The notes beneath the pieces are model-generated. The model worked only from the letters and a program-made list of their open reading frames with translations. It was not told the DNA's origin and made no database searches. Below are positions 1 through 8,633 of a DNA stretch of 64,000 nt, one piece after another. Within the stretch, counting starts at the first letter, position 1; each line of letters starts with the position of its first letter. This DNA comes from Enterobacteria phage vB_EcoM_IME540: sequence record MT150133.1, one strand, 5' to 3'. The position numbers and the translations under genes are program-made.

Positions 1-364
1 CACGTTTAGCTTTAATTAGTTGCCATTCCTTTTCTTCTTTACGTAAATCATACCAGGACCATAAATTCATTAGGCCATACATTAAACCAACGGCTACCGC
101 TAGAATAAGAGCCAGTGTAACCAGTCCTAAAATAAAACCTAAACTTAAACCAACAGGAGTACTCAATACAAAGAACTGCTCCAATATACCGGCACCTGCA
201 ACAGTTAAGCCGAAAATAGTACTACCTGCAAGCACAGAACATATAAAGCACACCCAAACCATTTTCCAGAAGTAAGCACACAAAGAGTGTGGTCGAGAAT
301 GACGGTCATAAAAACGGTCATGAAGTTTAGCGTGCCAAGAGTTTGCATTGATAATCATAATCAT
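1..364 (-). CDS. hypothetical multi-pass membrane protein (N-terminal part; C-terminus lies beyond window start)
   Basis: Hand translation of reverse strand from ATG at 364 is open to position 1 (MIMIINANSWHAKLHDRFYDRHS... followed by long hydrophobic stretches); not in ORF track because truncated. Confidence 0.4.
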   Translation of the reverse strand, partial: MIMIINANSWHAKLHDRFYDRHSRPHSLCAYFWKMVWVCFICSVLAGSTIFGLTVAGAGILEQFFVLSTPVGLSLGFILGLVTLALILAVAVGLMYGLMNLWSWYDLRKEEKEWQLIKAKR

Positions 365-374
365 AATATTTTCC

Positions 375-935
375 TTAAGAGTTCATAGTTGGGATAACAG
401 AGTTCAGATAAGAGACTAAAACTTTTAGTTCGTCTTTAGTAAATACCACTTCACTTTCACCATCGTGTCTTTGGGTCAAGGATAGCAAATCACGACCCTG
501 ATATTGATACACGGTTAATTCAGTATCATAATCCAGTTCTTCTTCGTCGCCTTCAAATGTTTCACTAGAGCGAATTACAGCATCTTGGCCAGGGACTTTC
601 CATTCGACTTCTGGCTTGCATTCTTCCTGGAACAGTTTGAAAATACAATCAAAGAATTTATCAGAATCGCTGATGCTCAGACATTCAATACCATTTTCCA
701 GATTAAACCCAGTTTCATTTTTATAGATATAGGCAAACACATCATCATTGATATCGATAGGAGCCCTATGTCGACCGTTAAGATAATCATGTCTATCTAA
801 AACCATTAAATCATAAAGCGGTTTAATATCAGCGATAGTCAGTACGATTTTATCGTCTTCTTGTGAAAGCTCAATTGCGTTATTAACTACTTCAGCGGAC
901 AGTTCGCCAAACAATTCAGTTGTTTCAATAATCAT
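375..935 (-). CDS. hypothetical acidic protein (186 aa)
   Basis: ORF track; tightly packed in minus-strand early gene array; no recognisable motif. Confidence 0.45.
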   Translation of the reverse strand: MIIETTELFGELSAEVVNNAIELSQEDDKIVLTIADIKPLYDLMVLDRHDYLNGRHRAPIDINDDVFAYIYKNETGFNLENGIECLSISDSDKFFDCIFKLFQEECKPEVEWKVPGQDAVIRSSETFEGDEEELDYDTELTVYQYQGRDLLSLTQRHDGESEVVFTKDELKVLVSYLNSVIPTMNS

Positions 936-945
936 TTTCTATTCC

Positions 946-1212
946 TCAACGGTTATGTTTTAAAATACTATAAAGCTCTTCGACTTGGTCTGCATTCAGA
1001 CAAATCATATCATTTTCTTGTTGGAGCGTAATTCCACCTTTTTCTTCCCAATCTTTAACAAAGACGTCATCGTCAGATTCTTCAACATCTGCTAAAAGGA
1101 CAATCACACCATCTTCAGAACAACCATTTGGGTCATATAACATTACAGTTTCCTCGCTAACCATGAAAAGAATAAACCAATTAAAACAGGCCCTACAGCC
1201 ATTGTTAACCAA
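946..1212 (-). CDS. hypothetical small protein (true start may be an internal ATG)
   Basis: ORF track; same strand and packing as neighbours. Confidence 0.35.
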   Translation of the reverse strand: MVNNGCRACFNWFILFMVSEETVMLYDPNGCSEDGVIVLLADVEESDDDVFVKDWEEKGGITLQQENDMICLNADQVEELYSILKHNR

Positions 1213-1262
1213 GCCCAGGGTTCTAAGTAATAAATCATCTCATACTCCTGTGCCAATAGCCA

Positions 1263-1445
1263 TTATGCTTTCAACTCATTAAGATACTCAACCAATGCCG
1301 CTTTAGAGTTATCCAAATCTCGTTTACACTGCTCTATTGCGGAATATGAATAGCCTTCACAATGTTCTACTGCACTATCATAAGAATCACGTTCAATAGC
1401 AGTAGCCAGCTTAAGGATTTGTTCAATCTGTTCAGTAGTTAACAT
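1263..1445 (-). CDS. hypothetical small protein (60 aa)
   Basis: ORF track; 4-nt gap to upstream gene. Confidence 0.35.
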   Translation of the reverse strand: MLTTEQIEQILKLATAIERDSYDSAVEHCEGYSYSAIEQCKRDLDNSKAALVEYLNELKA

Positions 1446-1449
1446 ATTA

Positions 1450-1686
1450 TCACCAGTATTTGTTGATGGTAGAAATCAATTCTTGGGCTTGAGTAGTCTT
1501 CAGCTTACACCCACAACCCTTTAATGTATCTTTAAGGAGCCATGGTTCCTTGAGCTCGTCCTTTTCTAGGCGAATTCTGTATCCTCGATAATCGACAAAG
1601 ATGCTTCGGTCGTCGAATATCTTAACCTCAAGAAGGCGGTTATTAATTTCATATTCTAATGAAACCGTAGTACTTGTAAGTTTCAT
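1450..1686 (-). CDS. hypothetical small protein (78 aa)
   Basis: ORF track; ATG at 1684-1686 preceded on minus strand by AGGAG and the conserved early-promoter cassette (core 1704-1743). Confidence 0.55.
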   Translation of the reverse strand: MKLTSTTVSLEYEINNRLLEVKIFDDRSIFVDYRGYRIRLEKDELKEPWLLKDTLKGCGCKLKTTQAQELISTINKYW

Positions 1687-1703
1687 TTTGTTCTCCTCAT
1701 TAG

Positions 1704-1743
1704 TTGATAGGTCTATAGTATCACGTTCCTAGAGGATGTAAAC
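1704..1743 (-). promoter_or_regulatory. early promoter cassette (PeSL-like) copy 1
   Basis: Minus strand reads GTTTACA-N16-TACTATAGACCTATCAA; shared ~40-nt core with 7 other copies. Confidence 0.6.
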
Positions 1744-1752
1744 ACCTAAACG

Positions 1753-1779
1753 AAAAAAGGTCCCACCGAAGTGAGACCT
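1753..1779 (-). terminator. intrinsic terminator (hairpin + U-run)
   Basis: Minus strand GGTCTCAC-TTCG-GTGGGACC followed by TTTTTT. Confidence 0.6.
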
Positions 1780-1783
1780 TTGA

Positions 1784-2167
1784 TTATTCTAACGTTAGCA
1801 AATACTTAGTCTGGTAAAAGACCCCAGTGATATCGTCCAAAGTCGACTGGATGGCCTTAGGAAGGGTATCATAGATTTTATCAGATGCTTTAAGAAGCTC
1901 GTCAAGAAAATCTACCGGGTCCTTAGGCAAGTCTGAAGCAGACGGTAATGATGCTTTATATTCTTTGCCACTGAACCCGAGATATTGCTCGCTAAATTGG
2001 TCCAGCGGTCCTTGAACTTCTACATAATAGAAGTCATATGCTTTGTGTCTTGCATAGCTTTTGGTTTCTAAATGGGCTGACTTAAAATAGGCTAAAGAAA
2101 CCAGTAGCCAACCAATATAAGAATCCACTTCAGACCCTCGACCGGGTACGAAATCATTGAACTTCAT
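1784..2167 (-). CDS. hypothetical protein (127 aa)
   Basis: ORF track; followed downstream by hairpin+T-run terminator at 1753-1779. Confidence 0.5.
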   Translation of the reverse strand: MKFNDFVPGRGSEVDSYIGWLLVSLAYFKSAHLETKSYARHKAYDFYYVEVQGPLDQFSEQYLGFSGKEYKASLPSASDLPKDPVDFLDELLKASDKIYDTLPKAIQSTLDDITGVFYQTKYLLTLE

Positions 2168-2447
2168 CTTCCACCTTCATTAGTTTTGCATAACGCTCTC
2201 CGATGGCGCGACCTTCAATTGAGCACGCTTCTATAGTCCGACAACTTGAAATCTTCCAAGAAGCCGTAACATAGGCCCAATAGTCTTCGGAGGCTTTTAC
2301 GCTGGGTCTACTCATTTGCGCATAAACAGGCATCGCACTACTAGCAAATGCATCCATCAATTTATCGTTGGTACCATTTGCTAGTGAAACTGTAGGGCTT
2401 AAACATCCCGCCATAAGGATACAAGCCGCTGTACGGAAAATATCCAT
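2154..2447 (-). CDS. putative secreted protein/lipoprotein (97 aa)
   Basis: N-terminal hydrophobic segment ending ...ILMAGC (lipobox-like), then hydrophilic body. Confidence 0.4.
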   Translation of the reverse strand: MDIFRTAACILMAGCLSPTVSLANGTNDKLMDAFASSAMPVYAQMSRPSVKASEDYWAYVTASWKISSCRTIEACSIEGRAIGERYAKLMKVEDEVQ

Positions 2448-2693
2448 ACAAAAGTCCTTTGTTGTTTTATACTATTTGCCTTTCGGCCTTAACCGATAGC
2501 GATTACCAAAAGCTAAAGCTCTACGGTTAGTATTATTATTTATAGCTTTTTAAGCTTACGACAATAAGAATAGAACACGTCGTTAAAATTATGCTCAACC
2601 CAATTCCTCTGTATAGGCGAGGTAATGGAAAGCATATAATGCGCTTTAATTAAATCCATCCCATTTTTATTAGGACACTCTTTATTATTAGCA

Positions 2694-2819
2694 TTATACG
2701 TCGCTGCTACAACCTTCTATCTCTCTTTTGTAAGCCACATCATCCATGATAGGCGAAAGAACAATATAAGAAATAGCCACAGCGAACGCTAGAATTAAAA
2801 TCTTTGAATTTAGGTCCAT
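2694..2819 (-). CDS. small hydrophobic peptide (~41 aa), speculative
   Basis: Hand translation: ATG 2817-2819 preceded by GAGGG; MDLNSKILILAFAVAISYIVLSPIMDD...; below ORF-track size cutoff. Confidence 0.25.
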   Translation of the reverse strand: MDLNSKILILAFAVAISYIVLSPIMDDVAYKREIEGCSSDV

Positions 2820-2826
2820 AGTACCC

Positions 2827-3399
2827 TCAACTCGTTATTTCTATCCAGTGCTTCCTGCACAATGACACGTAAGAATCGTTGCCACCTATAGAAACTTGGG
2901 CTCCGTCCTTAATTGCGATACCATCTTGGATACGAGCCGTCATAGTAGCTTTACGGCCGCAATGGCACACACCTTTGTACTCAACGAGTTTATCTGCCGT
3001 AGCGAGTAATTCAGCAGAGCCAGGAAACAGTTTACCCTGAAAATCAGTTCTTAGCCCATAACACATAACTGGAACATTATAATTGTCTACTATCTTCGCC
3101 AGTTGTTTTATCTGTGCAGGTTCTAAGAACTGTGCTTCATCCACAAATACACAGTGGATATCTTTTTGAGATTCAGCCCAACGATAGAACTCGTATAGGT
3201 CCATATCCGGAGTCACGGCATTAGCCTCTTGACTAATCCCTATACGAGACGAAATGCTATGGCTTGATTCTCTATTGTCTACCGCGGGCTTTAAAAGGAG
3301 TACGCCCATACCACGTTCTTTGTAGTTATGAGCTGCCGTTAGCAATGAAGCGGTTTTCCCGGAATTCATCGCCGCATAGTGAAACATCAAGCTTGCCAT
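2827..3399 (-). CDS. tk: thymidine kinase
   Basis: 190 aa; P-loop AAMNSGKTASLL, C-terminal CHCG...SLCRKHW zinc motif; close match to T4 Tk as recalled. Confidence 0.92.
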   Translation of the reverse strand: MASLMFHYAAMNSGKTASLLTAAHNYKERGMGVLLLKPAVDNRESSHSISSRIGISQEANAVTPDMDLYEFYRWAESQKDIHCVFVDEAQFLEPAQIKQLAKIVDNYNVPVMCYGLRTDFQGKLFPGSAELLATADKLVEYKGVCHCGRKATMTARIQDGIAIKDGAQVSIGGNDSYVSLCRKHWIEITS

Positions 3400-4124
3400 T
3401 TAAATACAACTCCTCTATAAGAGCAATTAGGATAACCTTTGCTTATAGCTATCTTTTTAAACATATATGCTGAAGGCTTATTGGATTCTTCCCATAAGAG
3501 TTTTAATTCATCGTAAAATTTCCAAGATTCGTTTCTTATAGGAGAAGGTTTTCCTGCCATAGCGCCCTTTTTACCGTACATGGGATTCTTTTTGCCCTTT
3601 TTGGCGTTACTCATATTTTCTATGGTTTCAGCGCTATGTTTAAATCCTTTTAATTTTTTAGAGGCTAATCCTATTTTAGCTTTATGCTCATCACTAAATC
3701 CTATTCTATTGGAATAATGGTTTAAACCTTTATTAGAAGTGGTGAATTTAGAAGCTTCTATTCTGGCTTTGCTCCATTTAACTCCTTTTCTAGACCTAGA
3801 CATTTTCTGTTTAGTTAAATTAGATAATTTGGTTCCTTTCTTTTTACCTCTTCCGCCATCAGCAAAATTTAAAGAATGCTTACCATATTTTAATTTAGCC
3901 TTTTCAACTAAAGGAATTTCGGCGGCATACGCCTCTTCTTCAGATTCGAAGAATTCTAATATACGAGTTTTATAAGGATGCTTTTTACAAATATTTTTAA
4001 CTACCGTACCACTTCCATAATACCCGTCTGAAAGATTATCAGTGGAGTGTTTACCTACATAGTAATAATTTGCCTTATGGGTTTTTATTACAGTCAAGTA
4101 ATTATAATGGAATTCCTTTGCCAT
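3387..4124 (-). CDS. GIY-YIG-family homing endonuclease-like protein (seg-like)
   Basis: N-terminal YLTVIK...YYYVGKHST...GYYGSG (GIY-YIG variant); basic region with repeated K/G-rich NPMYGKKG (NUMOD3-like) motifs. Confidence 0.65.
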   Translation of the reverse strand: MAKEFHYNYLTVIKTHKANYYYVGKHSTDNLSDGYYGSGTVVKNICKKHPYKTRILEFFESEEEAYAAEIPLVEKAKLKYGKHSLNFADGGRGKKKGTKLSNLTKQKMSRSRKGVKWSKARIEASKFTTSNKGLNHYSNRIGFSDEHKAKIGLASKKLKGFKHSAETIENMSNAKKGKKNPMYGKKGAMAGKPSPIRNESWKFYDELKLLWEESNKPSAYMFKKIAISKGYPNCSYRGVVFKWQA

Positions 4125-4133
4125 ATTACCTTC

Positions 4134-4340
4134 TTAAAGCGTATTCACATAAGCTATTAATTCGTTTTCTTTCTCATCAAATCGATTGACAAATTCTTCC
4201 TGATGTTCGGGAGATAGCGGGCCATATTCATCATAAAAAGAATTTGCTTCTGCATGCTCATCTAGAAGTTCATGGATAAGCTCAAACAATTTATCTTTCT
4301 GTTCTTTACTCAGACTCATAACCATTGTACCTTTAAGCAA
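4134..4340 (-). CDS. hypothetical small protein (68 aa)
   Basis: ORF track. Confidence 0.4.
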   Translation of the reverse strand: MLKGTMVMSLSKEQKDKLFELIHELLDEHAEANSFYDEYGPLSPEHQEEFVNRFDEKENELIAYVNTL

Positions 4341-4528
4341 TATTCTTCTACATGCTGCTTACGTTTATTTTTATCTATAAAAGTATATTCAACATATTCA
4401 CCGATATACCATTTATCGGTGTTGTGTTGACTTTTTATAGGGCATTTAGTTACTCGGGTTTCGGACCAGTGTCGAATAATTTCCGCTTTATTTTTAGGGT
4501 CAAACGGATGCGGGTAATGGGCTTTCAT
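4316..4528 (-). CDS. hypothetical small protein (70 aa)
   Basis: ORF track; overlaps neighbours, start uncertain. Confidence 0.3.
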   Translation of the reverse strand: MKAHYPHPFDPKNKAEIIRHWSETRVTKCPIKSQHNTDKWYIGEYVEYTFIDKNKRKQHVEEYCLKVQWL

Positions 4529-4967
4529 AATCTACCACCACTAAATTAATATCAGGAGTAAACAAATTAATCAATTGGTAAACCTTGTCCCAATCACCAC
4601 CAGCAATACCACAACCGATGCGAGGAATATAAATTCTTGGTTTAAACAAAAGACCTTTTGCTTGTTGATTTAATTCTATCATACAGTTTACTAAAGCACC
4701 GTAATCAAGATTAGGGCCTGGTTCGTATTGGGTGTATAAATTATAGCAAATTTGGCCCTTATTACCTGTGGCTTGAGTAAACGTGCCAAGTTTTTCCAAA
4801 TGGCCTAAATAAGTGGTTTTATCGATAGCGAGAATAGGCGGATAAGCCTTAGCCAATTGCCCAGCTACACCTGAACCCATTGTGTGGAAACAGTTACACC
4901 CGTGTGCAACATTATTACCTTGAAGAAATAGGGCGACAATATCGCCCTTAATATAATCAATAATCAT
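4500..4967 (-). CDS. macro-domain-like protein (putative ADP-ribose binding/hydrolase)
   Basis: 155 aa; motifs GDIVALF...N...GSGVAGQ and C-terminal IPRIGCGIAGGDW resemble macro-domain glycine-rich loops; assignment from motif recognition only. Confidence 0.45.
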   Translation of the reverse strand: MIIDYIKGDIVALFLQGNNVAHGCNCFHTMGSGVAGQLAKAYPPILAIDKTTYLGHLEKLGTFTQATGNKGQICYNLYTQYEPGPNLDYGALVNCMIELNQQAKGLLFKPRIYIPRIGCGIAGGDWDKVYQLINLFTPDINLVVVDYESPLPASV

Positions 4968-5320
4968 TTAGAGTTTAATCCTCGATTGTATGAATCAACG
5001 AGTCTGTCTACCATAGACGCGCACATTTCTTTGTACTTTTTATCAGATGGAATACATTCAGTAACGTTTAGACGTTGCTCGTATCTTTTAGAAAGAGTTT
5101 TCTCTTTCATTCGACGATGCTCTACGTCGTTCTGCCCATCTTTAAAAGCAGCCGTGATTTTTGAACTGAATTCGATAATGCATTCAGTATTACTCGGATG
5201 ACAATAATCTTTTGCTGTACGGGTAGCATACTCGACAATTGAATTATTACTATCATAAACTTGTGACGCTAATACTCCCGGAGCAATCAACATAAGCGCT
5301 ATAGTCATCTGCTTAATCAT
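4964..5320 (-). CDS. putative secreted/periplasmic Cys-containing protein (118 aa)
   Basis: N-terminal signal-peptide-like MIKQMTIALMLIAPGVLASQ; four Cys in mature part. Confidence 0.45.
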   Translation of the reverse strand: MIKQMTIALMLIAPGVLASQVYDSNNSIVEYATRTAKDYCHPSNTECIIEFSSKITAAFKDGQNDVEHRRMKEKTLSKRYEQRLNVTECIPSDKKYKEMCASMVDRLVDSYNRGLNSK

Positions 5321-5884
5321 TTAATATACCGCCTCAAACATCTTTTTAGATTTTAGATAATTGGCCTTTTCTAGAACTTCAGAAGCATATTTACTGCCTG
5401 CTTCGACGTTCCAGCCCGCATTATAAGAAGCAATCGCTTTTCTCAGGTCACCTTTGTGAACATCAATCCAATAAGACAGTTCAATGTAGGCCCAAGAGGC
5501 ACTGTTCTGTCGTTTTTGGACCATACGAATTATTTCTTTGTCTGACATCTTCCAACCTACCTGTTGAACACGACTTCTTAACGTAGGCAAGTAATTTTGG
5601 AACATGCCATAAGCATGGTGCTTATCTTTATTTAAACCCTGATTAATTCCGGCAGATGATTCCTGCCATAGTAATCCGGCCATAATATATCCTAATCCTT
5701 TTTGATTAGGGGTTTCTTTGAACTTTCCCGACTTTTGGTATTGTTCACCGAAAGCATACGCATAATGTAAATTATCGAGCTGGGTTTCTGTAAATACGGG
5801 TTCTGCTGCACTTACAGAAAACGAACCACACATAATAGCCGCTATTAAAGAATATTTAAGTTTTTTTAGAAAAATCATAATCAA
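5321..5884 (-). CDS. putative secreted lytic transglycosylase (SLT-domain-like)
   Basis: Signal-peptide-like N-terminus; motifs LLWQESS ... AYGMFQ ... ASYNAGW match the E-S / GLMQ / AYNxG pattern of SLT domains. Confidence 0.5.
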   Translation of the reverse strand: MIMIFLKKLKYSLIAAIMCGSFSVSAAEPVFTETQLDNLHYAYAFGEQYQKSGKFKETPNQKGLGYIMAGLLWQESSAGINQGLNKDKHHAYGMFQNYLPTLRSRVQQVGWKMSDKEIIRMVQKRQNSASWAYIELSYWIDVHKGDLRKAIASYNAGWNVEAGSKYASEVLEKANYLKSKKMFEAVY

Positions 5885-6590
5885 TAAGTCCTCGGTAATC
5901 TACATTAGGGAAGCCGTTCTTAATTGCGATTTTACTAAATCTTCCACACTTGAGCTTATTATTATCTACCCATAATTTATATAATTGTGAATACATCGGT
6001 TCATGCCATATAGGGGATTTACGCAAAGAGGCTTTTTTCCTTTCTATAGTTTCTTTAGAATTTTGTATGGCTTTAAATTTTTGTCTATTTTCAGGATTTT
6101 CAAAATACTTAACCCGTTTTTCAGACATTTTAGCTTTTACTTTTGGCGAATTTAAAATTTCTTTGAGCCGTTCTTTAGAGCCTTCCTTTTCAAAATACTT
6201 TATTAAAGCCATTGAATGAGCAGCCCTATTTTCCTTTTTAGAGAAAAATAAAATTTTATTAATAGATTGCAATTTTGAAAATGATTCTTTAGCCAACTTA
6301 TAATTTTCAGAATCTACAAAATAAGACCTTTGTTTTGAATTTGAAGTAGAGCTCATATTTAACCAGGCAAAATTCAACCCATAGTGGTTTGGATTAGCTT
6401 TGGCTAGATACATATGGGCCAAATAATGTTCATCAGCATAAAGCTCAACTAAATTGTCTTGAGTGTCAGGACCACCAACACAACTCGGAATTATATGATG
6501 CTTTTCTGTATAGGCGTCATTAGGTGTATCCCTAGATAAGGCCGCATTTATTATTTTATAGTAGTCATATGGATATTTTATAGTTTCCAT
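5856..6590 (-). CDS. HNH-family homing endonuclease-like protein (mob-like)
   Basis: N-terminal EKHHIIPSCVGGPDTQDNLVELYADEH (HNH motif); basic C-terminal region; C-terminal KIAIKNGFPNVDYRG module shared with the ORF at 3387-4124. Confidence 0.65.
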   Translation of the reverse strand: METIKYPYDYYKIINAALSRDTPNDAYTEKHHIIPSCVGGPDTQDNLVELYADEHYLAHMYLAKANPNHYGLNFAWLNMSSTSNSKQRSYFVDSENYKLAKESFSKLQSINKILFFSKKENRAAHSMALIKYFEKEGSKERLKEILNSPKVKAKMSEKRVKYFENPENRQKFKAIQNSKETIERKKASLRKSPIWHEPMYSQLYKLWVDNNKLKCGRFSKIAIKNGFPNVDYRGLIDYDFSKKT

Positions 6591-6597
6591 ACTGTCC

Positions 6598-7056
6598 TCA
6601 CAAGTAAATTACTTTCGTGCTGGTTTTACCTTCTAAACGTTTAGAGTTAACAAATGCCATACGACATTTAAGGGAATATCCTTTATCAGGATGTTTACGG
6701 TCTACTGTCATACCTAGCCATAAGGTTTTATCGGTAATTTCGAGACGCAATGGCCGATACACTTTACCAGGGACAATTTCGGATTCTACATCAGGCAGAG
6801 GTTCCTGGATTAAGAATTCATGGATTTCTTTAACATGGTTATGGAGTTGCTTGAATAAAGCAAAAACGTATTTTTCGTCGATTTCACGTTGGATAGCACG
6901 GTCCAACAAGTGGTTAGAGTACTTAATAAAGAAGGCTGGGACTCCGCTCTTAATGGCGGCTTTTTTGATGGACGTATTCAGTTCACGGAATTCGGTTTCG
7001 AACTGACGACGTAATTTATTGCGGCGGATGAATACTTCTGAATTAATTTCTGACAT
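6598..7056 (-). CDS. regB: RegB-like endoribonuclease
   Basis: 152 aa; EVFIRRNKLRR...HLLDRAIQREIDE...LEITD..LWLG resemble T4 RegB as recalled; position between tk and denV as in T4. Confidence 0.6.
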   Translation of the reverse strand: MSEINSEVFIRRNKLRRQFETEFRELNTSIKKAAIKSGVPAFFIKYSNHLLDRAIQREIDEKYVFALFKQLHNHVKEIHEFLIQEPLPDVESEIVPGKVYRPLRLEITDKTLWLGMTVDRKHPDKGYSLKCRMAFVNSKRLEGKTSTKVIYL

Positions 7057-7073
7057 TTTGTAATCTCCTGTAG

Positions 7074-7113
7074 TTGATAGGTCTATAGTACCACGTCTAC
7101 AGGAGATGTAAAC
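7074..7113 (-). promoter_or_regulatory. early promoter cassette (PeSL-like) copy 2, upstream of regB
   Basis: Same core; flanked by inverted repeat CTCCTGTAG / CTACAGGAG. Confidence 0.6.
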
Positions 7114-7117
7114 TGCT

Positions 7118-7327
7118 TTATTCTTGGAATGGGGTAAGTTTTCCAGCAGCTGAACAAATTTCTACCAGTACAGGGTAAAACTCTTTCACTTGTTCAAGGC
7201 GTTGGGCTGCATACTGTACTTCACCTTCTTCGAGACAAGCCATTTGGTCGTCAAGCAAGTATTTGTGGTAGCCAGTACAGGCTTCACCGATGATACGCTG
7301 GAAATCTTGTAAACTTTCAATTTTCAT
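7118..7327 (-). CDS. hypothetical small protein (start taken at ATG overlapping upstream stop, ATGA)
   Basis: ORF track 7118-7369; internal ATG at 7327 gives translational coupling with upstream ORF. Confidence 0.4.
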   Translation of the reverse strand: MKIESLQDFQRIIGEACTGYHKYLLDDQMACLEEGEVQYAAQRLEQVKEFYPVLVEICSAAGKLTPFQE

Positions 7328-7605
7328 CAGTATTTTTCCTCGGGTTGGAAAACGGAACGACACGCCCACATACTTGCTTCTTTCAGACGGTCAATTGCAT
7401 TACGAATCTGGGTGATGCGTTCATGAGCCTGGTCTAGTTCTTGTTCAGAAACCTCTTCGGTATCTAAGTTCATATAATGAGTAACATGTTCTTCTTCCAG
7501 AGCTTTAAACATTAACCCAAGACGAACTTCAGCATCTTTGATAGCGTTTACTTTACCGATTTTATCGTCGGTATGCGGCTTATAACCCTTGATATCTTCA
7601 ATCAT
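7327..7605 (-). CDS. hypothetical small protein (92 aa)
   Basis: ORF track; position in regB-denV interval. Confidence 0.45.
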   Translation of the reverse strand: MIEDIKGYKPHTDDKIGKVNAIKDAEVRLGLMFKALEEEHVTHYMNLDTEEVSEQELDQAHERITQIRNAIDRLKEASMWACRSVFQPEEKY

Positions 7606-7820
7606 TTCACTTCCTCGCCAGTTGCGATATCATATTCTACCAAACGAAGGCCTTCAGTCCAACCTTGCACGGAGATATAGGTAGTCGGGTAAATCATTTC
7701 TTTACCATTCCACCGACCGCCATCCCAGACTTCCAGAAAGTCTTGTTCACCTGGTCCATTAAGCCATTCAACAAATCTTTTCAGAGCTTCTTCAGAACCT
7801 TCAATTGTCAATTTAGACAT
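7602..7820 (-). CDS. hypothetical small protein (72 aa)
   Basis: ORF track; 4-nt overlap with neighbour. Confidence 0.45.
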   Translation of the reverse strand: MSKLTIEGSEEALKRFVEWLNGPGEQDFLEVWDGGRWNGKEMIYPTTYISVQGWTEGLRLVEYDIATGEEVK

Positions 7821-8109
7821 ATTTTTTCCAATCAGAAATCATATGAATCTCTTGGTCATAAGTCAAGAGACTACGAGCAATAATACCCTTACAAGGCCCT
7901 GAGATGAACTCGAGAGTGAAGTAAGGAACCTGTTTCATTAATCGGATACTAGGAGCATGACATCTAAAACGAGAGCCCTTAAAGGGCCCTGTCATGAATA
8001 CATATTCCAATGGGTAGAAATAAGCATATTCGAAATTTGCAGTAAGGTCCTCTCTTCGAACCTTACGTGAGAAATAACAGAACTCAAAAAGTTCTTCATC
8101 AGTCATCAT
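7813..8109 (-). CDS. hypothetical protein (start at internal ATG overlapping upstream stop)
   Basis: ORF track 7813-8157; ATG ATG at 8109/8106 coupled to stop of 8106-8633. Confidence 0.4.
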   Translation of the reverse strand: MMTDEELFEFCYFSRKVRREDLTANFEYAYFYPLEYVFMTGPFKGSRFRCHAPSIRLMKQVPYFTLEFISGPCKGIIARSLLTYDQEIHMISDWKKYV

Positions 8110-8633
8110 TGCATTCCTATCACAAAGAACAGAGGCAAAGGCTTGTCGCCTTGGCACATAAATTTATTAATCATTACCTGGTAAGCTTCATAGAACTTAT
8201 CCATCGCTGGAAGGCGCATTGGCTCTTCGATAATAATCAATAATCGAGTAACAGATAGTCCACGATACTTATGGAAATTGTCTTCATCAAGGAAACTGCG
8301 CACAGTATCATAGACAACAAAACCAGGACCTTCGACTTGGAGATGTGGGTGTGCCTTAGAAACCTGTTTTATTACATTACAAATTTCTCGCGAGCGATGC
8401 GAAGAACTCGACATAACAATCACATCATTACCCTTGGAAACCCAATCAGCGGCGAACTGAGCAAGGGCACTTGTTTTACCTGTTTGGCGTCCGCCATCAA
8501 GTCGAAGAGTACCAAACTCTTGCATTCTTGAAGCAGGTTCATACCATGTGTATTGGTCTGAGTCTAAACGTTCAATGGCGCGTTCAGCGAAGGCGTGCAT
8601 TAAGGTTAGATAAATGGGAGTTAAAAATTTCAT
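8106..8633 (-). CDS. P-loop NTPase-like protein
   Basis: 175 aa; Walker A GGRQTGKTS and Walker-B-like LLIIIEEP. Confidence 0.5.
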   Translation of the reverse strand: MKFLTPIYLTLMHAFAERAIERLDSDQYTWYEPASRMQEFGTLRLDGGRQTGKTSALAQFAADWVSKGNDVIVMSSSSHRSREICNVIKQVSKAHPHLQVEGPGFVVYDTVRSFLDEDNFHKYRGLSVTRLLIIIEEPMRLPAMDKFYEAYQVMINKFMCQGDKPLPLFFVIGMQ

